A program made the position numbers and the translations under genes. A stretch of 64,000 nt of DNA from an uncultured Christensenella sp. (GTDB lineage: Bacteria > Bacillota > Clostridia > Christensenellales > UBA3700), in the NCBI GenBank assembly GCA_910578245.1, contig CAJTPC010000003.1, positions 5,259 to 69,258 of the forward strand, read 5' to 3'. How positions within the stretch are numbered: position 1 is the stretch's first letter; each line of letters opens with the position of its first letter. Under the pieces are notes generated by a model. That model ran no database searches, was not told the DNA's origin, and saw nothing but the letters and a program-made list of their open reading frames with translations. Below are positions 24,901-34,018 of this stretch, one piece after another.

Positions 24901-25974
24901 CCTGGCACATTTCAAACAGCCGTAACGAAATACGGTTGGAGCATAAATTGGAAAGACCACCGTAGCGGACAAAGCGGTGAATTGAATATCGTTTGGAACG
25001 TAATCGGTATGGATACCGTAGGCGAATATAGATATATTTTCAGGACGGGTAACGTTGCGACTACGGCTGAGTATCTCGGTAGTACTGCTAAGATGACTCT
25101 TGACGTACCGGGTAGAGTAGAGTATAGGGATGAAGTCTACACCGTAGACGAAATAGCAGGCGAATTATTCTCAAATATGTCCGCGCTCAACACCGTCACG
25201 ATAGGCGAAGGCGTCAAGAAGTTGGGTAGCAAGTTATTCTATATGGATATATTACTCAAGACCGTTAACTTGCCTTCGACGCTAACGGAAATCGGCGGTC
25301 AAGCGTTTATGGCTTGTATGTCTCTTAATCAAATCTATATACCTGCAAGCGTATCTAAGATTGGCTCGTTGGCATTTATCGGTATCAACAGCATGACGAT
25401 ATACTGCGGAAGAGCAAGTAAACCGTTGACGGGATATAGCATAGGCTGGAATACCCAGATAGGCTTTGATGCTATAGGCGACCTCGATTTCTCAAGTATA
25501 TGGAAGAGTGTTACGACTATAGTGAACAAGTTCACGCAGAAGCACGAAGTAATTTGGAACGTAGCCGGATTGCCACAAGTCGATAAGTCAGGTACAGCAT
25601 TGCCGGGCGAGTACACCTACTTGCTCTACAATGACGGACACGCTGAGTTGATAGCTTCCAACGTTCCTGTCGGTTCCTTGAACACAAGTTACACGATACC
25701 TGAGGTTATCGCCTACAATGGCGTAGATTATAAAGTGACGACTATTACAGCTACGGCTTTTGCAGGCAATACGAGAATTAAAGAGTTGATTATCCCGACT
25801 TCAGTTACGACTATTCCGTCTGGCGCATTCGAGGGCTGTAGCAGTCTGATAATTAAGACGGCTCATACAAGTAAGCCGAGCGGTTGGGACAATAACTTCA
25901 ACGTAAACGGAGATGGAGTGGTGCAAGTACAATGGAGTTACGGAGTATCAGCTTCGACTGAGGAAGTAGCTTGA
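21925..25974 (+). CDS. large surface lipoprotein with Listeria-Bacteroides (Flg_new) repeats and BspA-type leucine-rich repeats
   Basis: Signal peptide with a lipobox (AMSAFVAC) and a P/T/N-rich linker. At least 9 modules of about 70 aa end in aromatic-x-(G/D)-W (YEFKGWY, FDKWD, FIGWIG, FAGWT, FIDWD, FFGWQ, FTNWS, FAGWD, FDSWY). The C-terminal half has BspA-like LRRs (IPTSVTTIPSGAFEGCSSL, VAVSAFEGCGNLGTIFVPSTIERINNYAF). Confidence 0.8.
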   Translation: MRKSRKFILAILIVLTIVMAMSAFVACKKENAPNTPNTPITPNKPSSPSGEPNTPIIPDTSVTLTFFSNNEEVATKIDIDKAKEILASQPTREGYEFKGWYLDKDTWQMEVTSSNVEETVKEDVNVYAYWIEVIDKITVRFLDYTGAELLKKDYERSDDQLEKDLASLRPSDYEDEQYEYTFDKWDCDLSDESKDSYVATPLYTSELRIFEVKFYVEGKLYYTDFVRYGDDADLSKVGIPTKPLDDVFKYEFIGWIGNLDNITQNTNVIAKFDEIYVEVYTVVFTNWEGSVLETVKVESGESAVYSKDIPTREQNEMYTYEFAGWTTSNDNADLDNVTCNFVAMANYNEVIRTYTITFTDDNDNVISTLLDVPYGTDLRASSAFSIPSNEDAYMESTPKYDYTFIDWDQYLNRVYSDMTVKGIYKKTIRRYIVQFINNGSVISTQEVEYDQYPTLPASNIFSGLKNETVKWNFQFFGWQVLDVDTTVEGGEADIDADDGTDYRYTVENTEGLEKLNPENIQVHGVITYTAVYSRTIQQYVVKFFNEENDAETLKEITVPWGTNILTSEIEDYQAPTPFKQSVPKWDYEFTNWSRDLTKIEADISVYANYLAHIRSYLVTFFNDGVQYGEPYMAEYDSVVIMPEINPTKLSTMEYDFEFAGWDKLNDYVIQGETQINATYKDNIRSYVVTLFNLATRELISTGEFSYGTKITTKINFNGYDFDSWYRDPDCNTVFNQEEEFVDGPMMLFGNIVMKGLLFNDNNEIVGYDGVEDALTNLVIPMAANGRKVSTIKEKALAKSNIKSNSIGSIFIPITVTKVEAYAFSELVLTETGGIYVQANKATGSLTRPSGWAEYWNRDSFWVYNEGNRPVTYGVNGVYSVDNFQYMAFSSGVAYVDKFINNSVSTAYIPGNVTVEVPSFTVDTWVDEGKTEEQRLIYDTEYSEVTYNVTQVAVSAFEGCGNLGTIFVPSTIERINNYAFSGLTTSIYIAKTEPGTFQTAVTKYGWSINWKDHRSGQSGELNIVWNVIGMDTVGEYRYIFRTGNVATTAEYLGSTAKMTLDVPGRVEYRDEVYTVDEIAGELFSNMSALNTVTIGEGVKKLGSKLFYMDILLKTVNLPSTLTEIGGQAFMACMSLNQIYIPASVSKIGSLAFIGINSMTIYCGRASKPLTGYSIGWNTQIGFDAIGDLDFSSIWKSVTTIVNKFTQKHEVIWNVAGLPQVDKSGTALPGEYTYLLYNDGHAELIASNVPVGSLNTSYTIPEVIAYNGVDYKVTTITATAFAGNTRIKELIIPTSVTTIPSGAFEGCSSLIIKTAHTSKPSGWDNNFNVNGDGVVQVQWSYGVSASTEEVA

Positions 25975-25996
25975 CGGGGTTCTATGGATTAATACG

Positions 25997-26027
25997 AAAG
26001 AGCAAGCGTACGGCTTGCTCTTTTCTT
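25997..26027 (+). terminator. rho-independent terminator
   Basis: Stem GAAAGAGCAAGC / GCTTGCTCTTTC with loop gtacg and a T-rich tail. Confidence 0.75.
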
Positions 26028-26093
26028 GTAAAAATTATCGTTGGTTTATTCAATATGACGTAAGAGGTTGCGTCTTCTAAGTAAAATAAAAAA

Positions 26094-26223
26094 AGTTACT
26101 TATTGCTAACTTTTTCTTGACAAATTGTTTTTTGCATATTAAAATATACTAAAATAAGTTAGTTTAGGCTAATATTTCGCTTATTTTAATTTTTTTGTGT
26201 TAAAAGTTAGCCAAAGCTAATAT
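26094..26223. promoter_or_regulatory. three related dyad-symmetric boxes (aGTTAnnnnnnnGCTAAy) around the promoter; candidate operators
   Basis: agttacttattgctaac (26094-26110), aagttagtttaggctaatat (26156-26175) and aagttagccaaagctaatat (26204-26223). Each contains a GTTA/TTAG...CTAA/TAAC inverted half-site pair. Confidence 0.4.
26117..26145 (+). promoter_or_regulatory. candidate sigma-A promoter (TTGACA - 17 nt - TAAAAT)
   Basis: TTGACA at 26117-26122, a 17-nt spacer, and TAAAAT at 26140-26145. Confidence 0.6.
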
Positions 26224-26252
26224 ATTTGAAATGTGAGTAATACGGAGAAGCT

Positions 26253-26621
26253 ATGCAAAAAGACAGGGACGTTGAAATTGTCAATATAATGATAGGTATA
26301 TTCTGTAAGAAAAAGCATAGGGGGAAGAACGGGCTTTGTGAGGAGTGTCAAGAACTTGCCGATTACGCCAAAGCGCGCAGAGAGAAATGTCCATTTGGAG
26401 ATAATAAGACTTTTTGTTCAAATTGCAAGATACATTGTTATAAGCCGTCCATGAGGCAGAAAATATCGGCGGCAATGAGGTTTTCCGGACCTAGAATGAT
26501 GTTTTCTCATCCGATAATAGCTTTCAAACACGTATCTGAAACTATTAAATATAAACTAAAAGAAAAGAAAAAAAATAAAGCGCAAAAAGCGCTACAACAA
26601 GGAGAAAAAAATGAAAAATAA
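26253..26621 (+). CDS. nitrous-oxide-stimulated-promoter (YgbA-like) family Cys-rich protein
   Basis: LCEECQELADYAKARREKCPFGDNKTFCSNCKIHCYKPSMRQKISAAMRFSGPRMMFSHP matches my memory of the YgbA_NO family pattern (CxxC...CpfG..K..C..C..HCY...R......MR.sGPRM). Confidence 0.7.
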   Translation: MQKDRDVEIVNIMIGIFCKKKHRGKNGLCEECQELADYAKARREKCPFGDNKTFCSNCKIHCYKPSMRQKISAAMRFSGPRMMFSHPIIAFKHVSETIKYKLKEKKKNKAQKALQQGEKNEK

Positions 26622-27108
26622 GATAATTATCGGCGCAGTAATCTTTTGTTTATTAGTAACGCTCTTAGCCGTATTTGTGGCTTGTGACAATTCCGGCGGA
26701 TTGGGCAGTCAAAGCGGTAGTGACAAATATGGAAGAGAATTCGGTAGTATTTGCGACATAGACGGGGAAGAAACTGGCGTATATGAAATTGATTATATAA
26801 TTGACGATACCAGCGTTATGGGAAAAACTATGATAGGCAACTATTGTTATAACAAGGTAAAACTTGTGGTAAGCGCAGAGGGTATGGCTTTGACTTTTTA
26901 TTGCAAGAACAATACATTTTCCAACGTTAAACTCGACTCAAGGGCAGGTAAAAGCATTGAAGAAAGCGATATGTACGGCTATACATTTGAGATCACCAGA
27001 GAGGATTTGAATAATAAATTAGCTATGACAGGTTACGTATCACTGATGAAAAGAGACGTTGCTTTTTCAATAAATGTAGATTTGTCGAATGCAAAATTGA
27101 TAGGATAA
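26611..27108 (+). CDS. small lipoprotein (hypothetical)
   Basis: Signal peptide with a lipobox (LLAVFVAC). The start overlaps the end of the upstream gene. No recognised family. Confidence 0.6.
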   Translation: MKNKIIIGAVIFCLLVTLLAVFVACDNSGGLGSQSGSDKYGREFGSICDIDGEETGVYEIDYIIDDTSVMGKTMIGNYCYNKVKLVVSAEGMALTFYCKNNTFSNVKLDSRAGKSIEESDMYGYTFEITREDLNNKLAMTGYVSLMKRDVAFSINVDLSNAKLIG

Positions 27109-27112
27109 TGAT

Positions 27113-28846
27113 ATGCTTGATAAAGATTTATTTAGGTTATTAGATGACAAAAAAGATATTGTCAAAGTAATAATGGTGTCCGTACTTGGGCTATTGACGA
27201 ATATAGGCATTACCGCATGCATATGTTGGGTAATTGGCTTAGCGTACGCCGGCAAAGAACTAAACGGATATATCCTTCCGGCGGTCTTACTCGCAGTAGG
27301 TATAGTTCTCAGGCTGTGTTTTAGCGTGCTAGGCGGCAAAATCAAAGCCTCGCTAGGTTCTAAAGTAAAAAAACAACTTAGGCAAAAGGTATATGACAAG
27401 ACGCTCAAGTTGGGTCTAAAGAGCGTAGAGGGAATGAATATTGCCGGACTTACTCAAGTAAGTATTGAGGGCGTAGAACAGCTTGATTTATATTACACTT
27501 CATATCTCCCGCAATTTTTCTATTCTCTTATTGCGCCTATTATTCTATTTGCAATTTGCGTAACTGTTGATTGGCAAACCGCTCTCGTACTATTGGCGTG
27601 CGTTCCGCTAATACCGATATCCATAGTTGCGGTATCAAAATACGCAAAGAAAATATTTGCCAAGTATTGGGGAAAGTATATCTCTATGGGCGACGGCTTT
27701 TTGGACTGTGTTCAGGGACTGAAAGAACTCAAGATATTTTCGGCGGACGGCAGGTACAACGACAAGATGAACGGCAAGTCTGAAGACTTCCGCAAAATAA
27801 CAATGAAAGTACTGGTAATGCAACTCGCAAGCACAACGATTATGGACTTTGTGGCTTACGGTGGCGCAGGCGCAGGTATTGCGGTTGCTATATGGGGCGT
27901 TGCCGAAAGGGGACTTAATCCTATTATGGCGCTCTTTTTGATTTTGGTTGCCGTGGAATTTTTCCTACCGCTTCGCGCGCTCGGTAGCGCTTTTCACGTG
28001 GCTATGAACGGCGCAAGCGCAGGCAATAAGATATGCGGACTGCTTGACGCAGATTTGCCTGAATGGGGAGAGGAAAAAGTAGAGGATAGTCTTTTGGAAT
28101 TAAAGGGCGTTGACTTCTCATACGACGGCAAACGCAAAGTTTTGCAAAACGTGGATATGATTTTTGATAAAGGTATGACGGCAATCGTAGGCGAGAGCGG
28201 AAGCGGTAAATCAACGATTGTCAATCTTATTGCGGGCGCGTTGCGACCTTGCAAAGGCAGTATTAGAATAGGCGGTAAAGATTTGTCGCGCTTATCTCGC
28301 GATGACTACTATTCTCATCTTGGCGTCGTAAGTTACAATACGTATATCTTCAACGAGAGCATACTCGACAATTTCCGTTTAGCAAATAAAGACGTAACGC
28401 AAGAAGAGGTTTTCGACGCGCTCAAAAAAGTAAATCTATTAGATTTCGTAAACGAAAACGGCGGACTTGAAAAGGTAATTAGCGAGGATAGTGAAAACAT
28501 ATCCGGCGGACAAAGACAGCGCCTTGCTTTGGCTGTAAACTTGGTGGCTAAGAAAGATATTTACGTATTTGACGAAGCTACGTCGAATATAGATATAGAA
28601 AGCGAAGCTATTATAATGAATGAAGTGCAAAATCTTGCCAAAAAAGCATGCGTAATAGTAATATCTCATAGACTTGCCAACGTGACCGGCGCCGATAATA
28701 TTTATATGTTATACGACGGTAATGTTATCGAGAGCGGTAATCACAAAGAACTTTGCGATAAAGAGGGCGAGTATAGCAAGCTGTATAATACGCAAAAGTC
28801 GCTTGAAGACGGATATAAGCAAGTTAAATCGGAGGTGAGAGTATGA
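27113..28846 (+). CDS. ABC exporter-type fused permease/ATPase (CydD-like)
   Basis: Six-TM N-terminal domain. Walker A GESGSGKST, signature ISGGQRQR, Walker B IYVFDEATS, H-loop ISHR. Confidence 0.85.
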   Translation: MLDKDLFRLLDDKKDIVKVIMVSVLGLLTNIGITACICWVIGLAYAGKELNGYILPAVLLAVGIVLRLCFSVLGGKIKASLGSKVKKQLRQKVYDKTLKLGLKSVEGMNIAGLTQVSIEGVEQLDLYYTSYLPQFFYSLIAPIILFAICVTVDWQTALVLLACVPLIPISIVAVSKYAKKIFAKYWGKYISMGDGFLDCVQGLKELKIFSADGRYNDKMNGKSEDFRKITMKVLVMQLASTTIMDFVAYGGAGAGIAVAIWGVAERGLNPIMALFLILVAVEFFLPLRALGSAFHVAMNGASAGNKICGLLDADLPEWGEEKVEDSLLELKGVDFSYDGKRKVLQNVDMIFDKGMTAIVGESGSGKSTIVNLIAGALRPCKGSIRIGGKDLSRLSRDDYYSHLGVVSYNTYIFNESILDNFRLANKDVTQEEVFDALKKVNLLDFVNENGGLEKVISEDSENISGGQRQRLALAVNLVAKKDIYVFDEATSNIDIESEAIIMNEVQNLAKKACVIVISHRLANVTGADNIYMLYDGNVIESGNHKELCDKEGEYSKLYNTQKSLEDGYKQVKSEVRV

Positions 28847-30540
28847 AAAACGACAAGCCTTTGAGAAGAAGCGGTATCAAGATTATGGCAGGACTAATTG
28901 CTTTGCTGGGGTCGCTTGCTTATATAATGATTTTGGCGGTTATAAACGGCTCGCTGGGCTTTATCAGCGCAATGGGAGTGACTGTATTCGGCGCAATAGG
29001 CGTGGCAAAGGCGTTGGGCGAAAGCGTTGCGATGTCTTACGGTTTGATTATTGGGTTGGCGGTAGGTTGCGGCGCGCTTAGAGGTATATTGAGATACTTT
29101 GAGCAGTATTCCAATCACTTTATCGCATTCAAACTTCTTGCTACTTTAAGAGATAAGATTTTCAAAGCATTGAGAAGACTTTGCCCCGCAAAACTCGAGA
29201 GCAAGAAAAAGGGAAGTATCATAGCTATGATTACTTCGGACATAGAGACGCTTGAAGTCTTTTATGCGCATACGGTTTCGCCAATCTGCATAGCAATATT
29301 GGTATCGCTGGCTGTCGCGATTTTCGTAGGCGTAATAGGCAGTCCGTATTTAACTTTGGTGGCTTTGGCAGGATATTTGACGATAGGTATAGTTTTGCCT
29401 CTAATATCGTCTAAGTTGTTGAAGAAGATCGGTGTGGAGTATAGAAAGGCTTTTTCTCTCTTCAATGCGTATTTCATGGACAGTATCAAGGGTATTAAGG
29501 ATATTATCTATCATAATGCGGGCGATGAGAGGAAAAAGCAAGTCGATAAAAGATCAGACGAATTGCTTTCGCTTACTTACGATATGAAGAAGAATATCGT
29601 AAATGCAAGCGCGCTTACCGAACTTGCCGTGTCTTTATTCATATTGATTTCGCTTATAGTGGGTATAGCGCTGTATATCAATCAACTTATCTCAATTGGC
29701 TCAATGATTATAGCAATAGTTGCGATATTCGGCAGTTTCGGTCCAGTTATAGCTATATCCGCGCTTCCCGGTAATTTGACGCAGACTTTTGCGTCGGGAG
29801 ACAGAGTACTCAATCTCATTGAGGAACAACCTGCAGTCTTGCCTATTGAGAACGCTAAAAATATGGACTTTAATAGGCTTGAAGTCAAGGACTTGAACTT
29901 TGCATATGACAAGAATATTCAAGTGCTTAAAGATATAAATCTGCAAGCGCAAAACGGCGAAATCGTGGGTATTGTGGGTGAGAGCGGTTGCGGTAAATCT
30001 ACGCTTCTTAAGTTGCTTTTGAGATTTTGGCAAAAAGACGGCGGAAGCATTGCGTATGACGGCGAAGATATAGAAAATATCAATACCGACAGCTTGCTTT
30101 CCAACGCAACTATGGTCAGTCAAAGCACTTATCTTTTCGACGATACGGTTGAAGAAAATCTTAGGCTGGCAAAAGAAGACGCTACGCCGGAGGAAATGCG
30201 GGAAGCGTGTAAAAAGGCTTCCGTACACGACTTGATAATGAGTTTGCCTGAGGGCTATTCGTCAAGAGTAGGTTTATCGGGCGATAATCTCAGCGCGGGC
30301 GAAAAGCAAAGAATAGGACTTGCTAGAGCTTTTTTAAGCGGTAGCAAATTGATACTTCTAGACGAGCCGACGAGCAACGTGGACAGTATCAACGAGGGCA
30401 TTATATTGCGATCTCTCGCCGATCAGAGAAAAGACAAGTGCATAATTCTCGTATCGCACAGACTCTCGACTATGGCTATTGCCGATAGGGTGTATACGAT
30501 AAAAGACGGTATAATAAGATTGAATGAGAAAGGAGAATAA
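28843..30540 (+). CDS. ABC exporter-type fused permease/ATPase (CydC-like), partner of the preceding gene
   Basis: ATGA start/stop overlap. Walker A GESGCGKST, signature LSAGEKQR, Walker B LILLDEPTS. Confidence 0.85.
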   Translation: MKNDKPLRRSGIKIMAGLIALLGSLAYIMILAVINGSLGFISAMGVTVFGAIGVAKALGESVAMSYGLIIGLAVGCGALRGILRYFEQYSNHFIAFKLLATLRDKIFKALRRLCPAKLESKKKGSIIAMITSDIETLEVFYAHTVSPICIAILVSLAVAIFVGVIGSPYLTLVALAGYLTIGIVLPLISSKLLKKIGVEYRKAFSLFNAYFMDSIKGIKDIIYHNAGDERKKQVDKRSDELLSLTYDMKKNIVNASALTELAVSLFILISLIVGIALYINQLISIGSMIIAIVAIFGSFGPVIAISALPGNLTQTFASGDRVLNLIEEQPAVLPIENAKNMDFNRLEVKDLNFAYDKNIQVLKDINLQAQNGEIVGIVGESGCGKSTLLKLLLRFWQKDGGSIAYDGEDIENINTDSLLSNATMVSQSTYLFDDTVEENLRLAKEDATPEEMREACKKASVHDLIMSLPEGYSSRVGLSGDNLSAGEKQRIGLARAFLSGSKLILLDEPTSNVDSINEGIILRSLADQRKDKCIILVSHRLSTMAIADRVYTIKDGIIRLNEKGE

Positions 30541-30541
30541 A

Positions 30542-31306
30542 ATGGAAGAGGAAAAGAAGGACAGCGTCCCAAATGAAAGCGTTCTTGCGGATTTGCTTAT
30601 TGACAACATTAAGAGTATTGACAAAGAAAAGGAAGCGGTAGCGGATATTGCTCAGACTGCAAGAGTAAGCGAGAATGCAAAGTTGCAAAGCGTCAGCGAT
30701 ACGTCCCAAAAGCAGGCTGTAAGTCTTGAAAAAAATAACAAACTTTATCAAAAGTATAAAATAAAGGACATAGTATTCTTGGCTATTATTACGGCTTGCA
30801 CTCTCGTCACAGGCGTAGTAATGCCATTCGTAAGCGGAGTTCAAGTCTTCGGTATAATACAGATTTGCCTAGGACTACAGTTTTCTATACTTCCCGTAAT
30901 AGGAATGATGAAAGTTAGAAAACCCGGAGCGCTTTTATTGCAGTCGATATTTATTTCGATTTTCCTTGCGTTTATGTTTACGCCTATGGTATCGATTATC
31001 GCTTGCGCGCTAGTAGCAGAGGCAGTAGCGCTATTGATTTTCCGCGGATACAAAAACGATTGGGCGTGCGTAGTTGCAGGAACGCTGTATATGCCTTTGA
31101 CGCTTCCGGTGTTAATCTTGCTTTACAACGTGTTCCCGTCAATCAGCAAAGGTAAAGTCGCGGAGCAAATGTTTATGGTGGGCAGTACCAATGCGGGCGT
31201 AGCGATAGGTATAAGCGTAGCTGTAGTTGCGATATGTTTCGTAGGCGCAGTTATAGGTATGATAATTATGCGTGAACTTAAAAAAGCGGGTAAATTGAAA
31301 GAATGA
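30542..31306 (+). CDS. integral membrane protein, probable ECF-transporter S component (Trep_Strep/MptD-like)
   Basis: ATG 30542 follows an AAAGGAGAA RBS. About 6 TM helices follow a 70-aa hydrophilic N-terminus. It lies immediately upstream of the EcfT and tandem EcfA genes. The S-component assignment rests on context. Confidence 0.55.
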   Translation: MEEEKKDSVPNESVLADLLIDNIKSIDKEKEAVADIAQTARVSENAKLQSVSDTSQKQAVSLEKNNKLYQKYKIKDIVFLAIITACTLVTGVVMPFVSGVQVFGIIQICLGLQFSILPVIGMMKVRKPGALLLQSIFISIFLAFMFTPMVSIIACALVAEAVALLIFRGYKNDWACVVAGTLYMPLTLPVLILLYNVFPSISKGKVAEQMFMVGSTNAGVAIGISVAVVAICFVGAVIGMIIMRELKKAGKLKE

Positions 31307-32016
31307 GTTTTTTGAAGTACAAAAACTACATATATCCATTATTCGTTGCGATTTCTTCTGCAATAATAATAGTCTTTGGACTGATAGAAGCCACGGATAT
31401 TCGGGGATTGTATTTTCTTGCAGGCATTTACGTATGGTTGTTGATTTTCGGTTGTTGGAAAACTTGCCTAAGAGTTTTGCCGGTTTTGGTTATAGCGGGA
31501 GGAGTGTTCTATGGCATAGGCTATCTGGCCTCGCGCAACCACGCCTTTGCGCTTGCAATGGTTACTAGATTTTTTGCGGTAGTCATTGCAGTCATTCCCG
31601 GAATGAGCATAGAGCCAACGGCAATTACAAGAAATTTATCGCAACTTAAAGTTCCGCGTGTCATCACGTTGGGCGTTTTGATTATGTACAGTTTCGTTCC
31701 CGTTCTAAGAGCGGAAATTAAGCGTGTGCGCGAAGCGATGAAAACCAGAGGCGCCGGCAGTATTCTCAATCCCAAAATCTTTTATCGCGCCTTTTTAATT
31801 CCTCTTGTAACTAGGATTGTGGACATATCGGATATACTTGCGTTGTCTATCGAAACGCGCGGTTTTACGCTTGGCAAAACAAGGTGTACTGTCTACAAAA
31901 AAGAATATATAAACGTATTCGACGTATTGTTTATACTAGGTATAATTTCAGGCGGGTGGTATTATGAACGCGGTTTTGTTAAAAGATATAACTTTCTCCT
32001 ACGACGGGAAAACTAA
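31303..32016 (+). CDS. ecfT: ECF transporter transmembrane (T) component, EcfT/CbiQ family
   Basis: ATGA overlap with the upstream gene. A polytopic protein of about 235 aa with the ...RAEIKRVREAMKTRG... coupling-helix-like Arg motifs typical of CbiQ/EcfT. It is followed by the ATPase gene. Confidence 0.65.
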   Translation: MSFLKYKNYIYPLFVAISSAIIIVFGLIEATDIRGLYFLAGIYVWLLIFGCWKTCLRVLPVLVIAGGVFYGIGYLASRNHAFALAMVTRFFAVVIAVIPGMSIEPTAITRNLSQLKVPRVITLGVLIMYSFVPVLRAEIKRVREAMKTRGAGSILNPKIFYRAFLIPLVTRIVDISDILALSIETRGFTLGKTRCTVYKKEYINVFDVLFILGIISGGWYYERGFVKRYNFLLRREN

Positions 32017-33373
32017 AATACTCGACGGCGTAGACTTTCACGCCGATTACGGCGAAATATCTCTTATCGCAGGACATTCCGGCGAAGGCAAGAGTACTCT
32101 TGCTTCCATTATCTGCGGTATAATTCCCAACGTTAACAGCGGAACGCTCGAAGGGCAAGTAATCATCGACGGCGAAAATATTGACGGTAAGAAGATGGGA
32201 GATATTTGCCGAAAGGTAGGAATAGTTTTGCAAAACGCTGACGAGCAGATTGTTCATAAAATCGTTGAGGACGAAATTGCTTTCGGATGCGAAAATCTTG
32301 CTTTTTCTCAAGAAAAAATCGCAAAGCAAATCGAGATAGTATGCAACCTTATGAAGCTATCGCCTAATTGGAAAACTCGCTCTCTTTCGGGCGGACAAAA
32401 GCAAAGACTTATAACAGCCTCCACGCTTGCGATGGGACAAAAAATTATCATATTGGACGAACCTCTTGCCAATCTTGACAGGCAGGGAGGTCAACTTCTT
32501 ATGGATACGCTTAAGTCCTTGGCGAAGGCGGGATACGCCATACTCGTAGTCGAACATAGATTGGATATGGTTATGCCGTTTGTCGATAGAGTTTGGCACA
32601 TATCGCAAGGTAAAGCTATTGAAGTGGAGAATAAGCAAGAGTTCTTGAAAGAGCAGACCAAAGCAATAGAGGATATATGTCCCATTTTTCAAATCAAAGA
32701 CAGTATTTTCGATATTAAAAGCGTAAAATTCATCGTAAAGAAAAGAGAGATTTTGAAAGATATAAGTTGCCAAATTCCCAAGGGAGCAAGAATGTTGTTG
32801 CTCGGTGAGAACGGCTGTGGCAAGACTACGCTTCTACGACTTATTGCAAGATTAAGCAAGCCCACTGCCGGTAATATATATCAATATATCGATAGCAAGT
32901 TGGGACAGAAAAAAAGCGGAAGCAAGAGGTATTATAAGAGAGTGGGGGTAGTATATCAAAATCCAGACTATCAGCTCTTTATGCCCACCGTTAGGGAAGA
33001 AATAGAACTTTGCGCCGAGAGCAAAGAATATGCGGAGCGCATTGAAAATCTCTTGGGCGTGGCGCATTTGCTCGACAGACATCCGCAATCGCTTTCGCAA
33101 GGTCAAAAAAGATTGGTATCTATAGCTAGCGTAGTCGCAAGTAAGCCCGATGTGCTTATACTTGACGAACCTACGGTCGGTCAGGATTACGACGGACTTA
33201 GACGGCTGGTAACAGCGCTCAATGAAATTCATAAGCAGAGTGGAAACACTGTGATTACCGTCACGCACGACGTAAGGTGCGCAGACGCTCTTTGCGACGT
33301 TGCAATACATATCAAAGACGGCAAAGTATTTCGATTTGGCGGTAAAGAAATTGTTAAAGATTTTTTCTCTTAG
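31964..33373 (+). CDS. ECF transporter ATPase, fused duplicated EcfA1-EcfA2
   Basis: Two ABC cassettes: GHSGEGKST / LSGGQKQR / IIILDEP and GENGCGKTT / LSQGQKRL / VLILDEPT. Confidence 0.85.
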   Translation: MNAVLLKDITFSYDGKTKILDGVDFHADYGEISLIAGHSGEGKSTLASIICGIIPNVNSGTLEGQVIIDGENIDGKKMGDICRKVGIVLQNADEQIVHKIVEDEIAFGCENLAFSQEKIAKQIEIVCNLMKLSPNWKTRSLSGGQKQRLITASTLAMGQKIIILDEPLANLDRQGGQLLMDTLKSLAKAGYAILVVEHRLDMVMPFVDRVWHISQGKAIEVENKQEFLKEQTKAIEDICPIFQIKDSIFDIKSVKFIVKKREILKDISCQIPKGARMLLLGENGCGKTTLLRLIARLSKPTAGNIYQYIDSKLGQKKSGSKRYYKRVGVVYQNPDYQLFMPTVREEIELCAESKEYAERIENLLGVAHLLDRHPQSLSQGQKRLVSIASVVASKPDVLILDEPTVGQDYDGLRRLVTALNEIHKQSGNTVITVTHDVRCADALCDVAIHIKDGKVFRFGGKEIVKDFFS

Positions 33374-33377
33374 AATA

Positions 33378-33929
33378 CTATTTGTTGATGTTGGTTGCGC
33401 CCATAGACATTCTCAACGTTAATTCTGCCAACTCGCGACTTGTAATAGGGAAATTATCGTTTATCCATTCTTTAAGCAGTCCGATAACCCCGTTAATGCA
33501 ATAAAAGTAACCGTATTTTGACAGAATAGAATCTTTATTTATTGGGAGATTTTTGTATTTATCCAGTACGGAGCTGGTTAACCTCTCCTTAAACTTATTG
33601 CTGTCCAGTCTTACCAAAAGTGCGGTAAAGGCGCTGTTGTTAGCCTTTACGTAGTCAAAGGTCTTTTCAAGCAAATTAATAAATTCTTTGTCATTAGATA
33701 TTGATTCCGAGCCCGCGATGGTAGGTATTTGCGAAATCAAATCGTCTTCTATTTCTTTTATAAGACATTGCACGTCTTCATAGTGCATATAAAAGGTTGA
33801 GCGGTTGATATCTGCGCAATTACAAATATCTGTTATTGACAGTCTTTTGTCAGGGTTGGTTGATAATAATTCTATATAGGCTTCTTTTATTAATTTTTTA
33901 GTCATTCTTACGCGTCTAGTTTCTTGCAT
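33378..33929 (-). CDS. TetR/AcrR-family transcriptional regulator
   Basis: N-terminal HTH: KLIKEAYIELLSTNPDKRLSITDICNCADINRSTFYMHYEDV. Size of about 180 aa. Divergent from the acyl-CoA ligase gene. Confidence 0.8.
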   Translation of the reverse strand: MQETRRVRMTKKLIKEAYIELLSTNPDKRLSITDICNCADINRSTFYMHYEDVQCLIKEIEDDLISQIPTIAGSESISNDKEFINLLEKTFDYVKANNSAFTALLVRLDSNKFKERLTSSVLDKYKNLPINKDSILSKYGYFYCINGVIGLLKEWINDNFPITSRELAELTLRMSMGATNINK

Positions 33930-34018
33930 AATTATGTTTCCTTTTTTATTTAGAAAATTTTACACAACATTTTTTTCAATTATGTCGGTTTGAAAGCAAA
34001 AGAGGCTGCTTCTATTTC

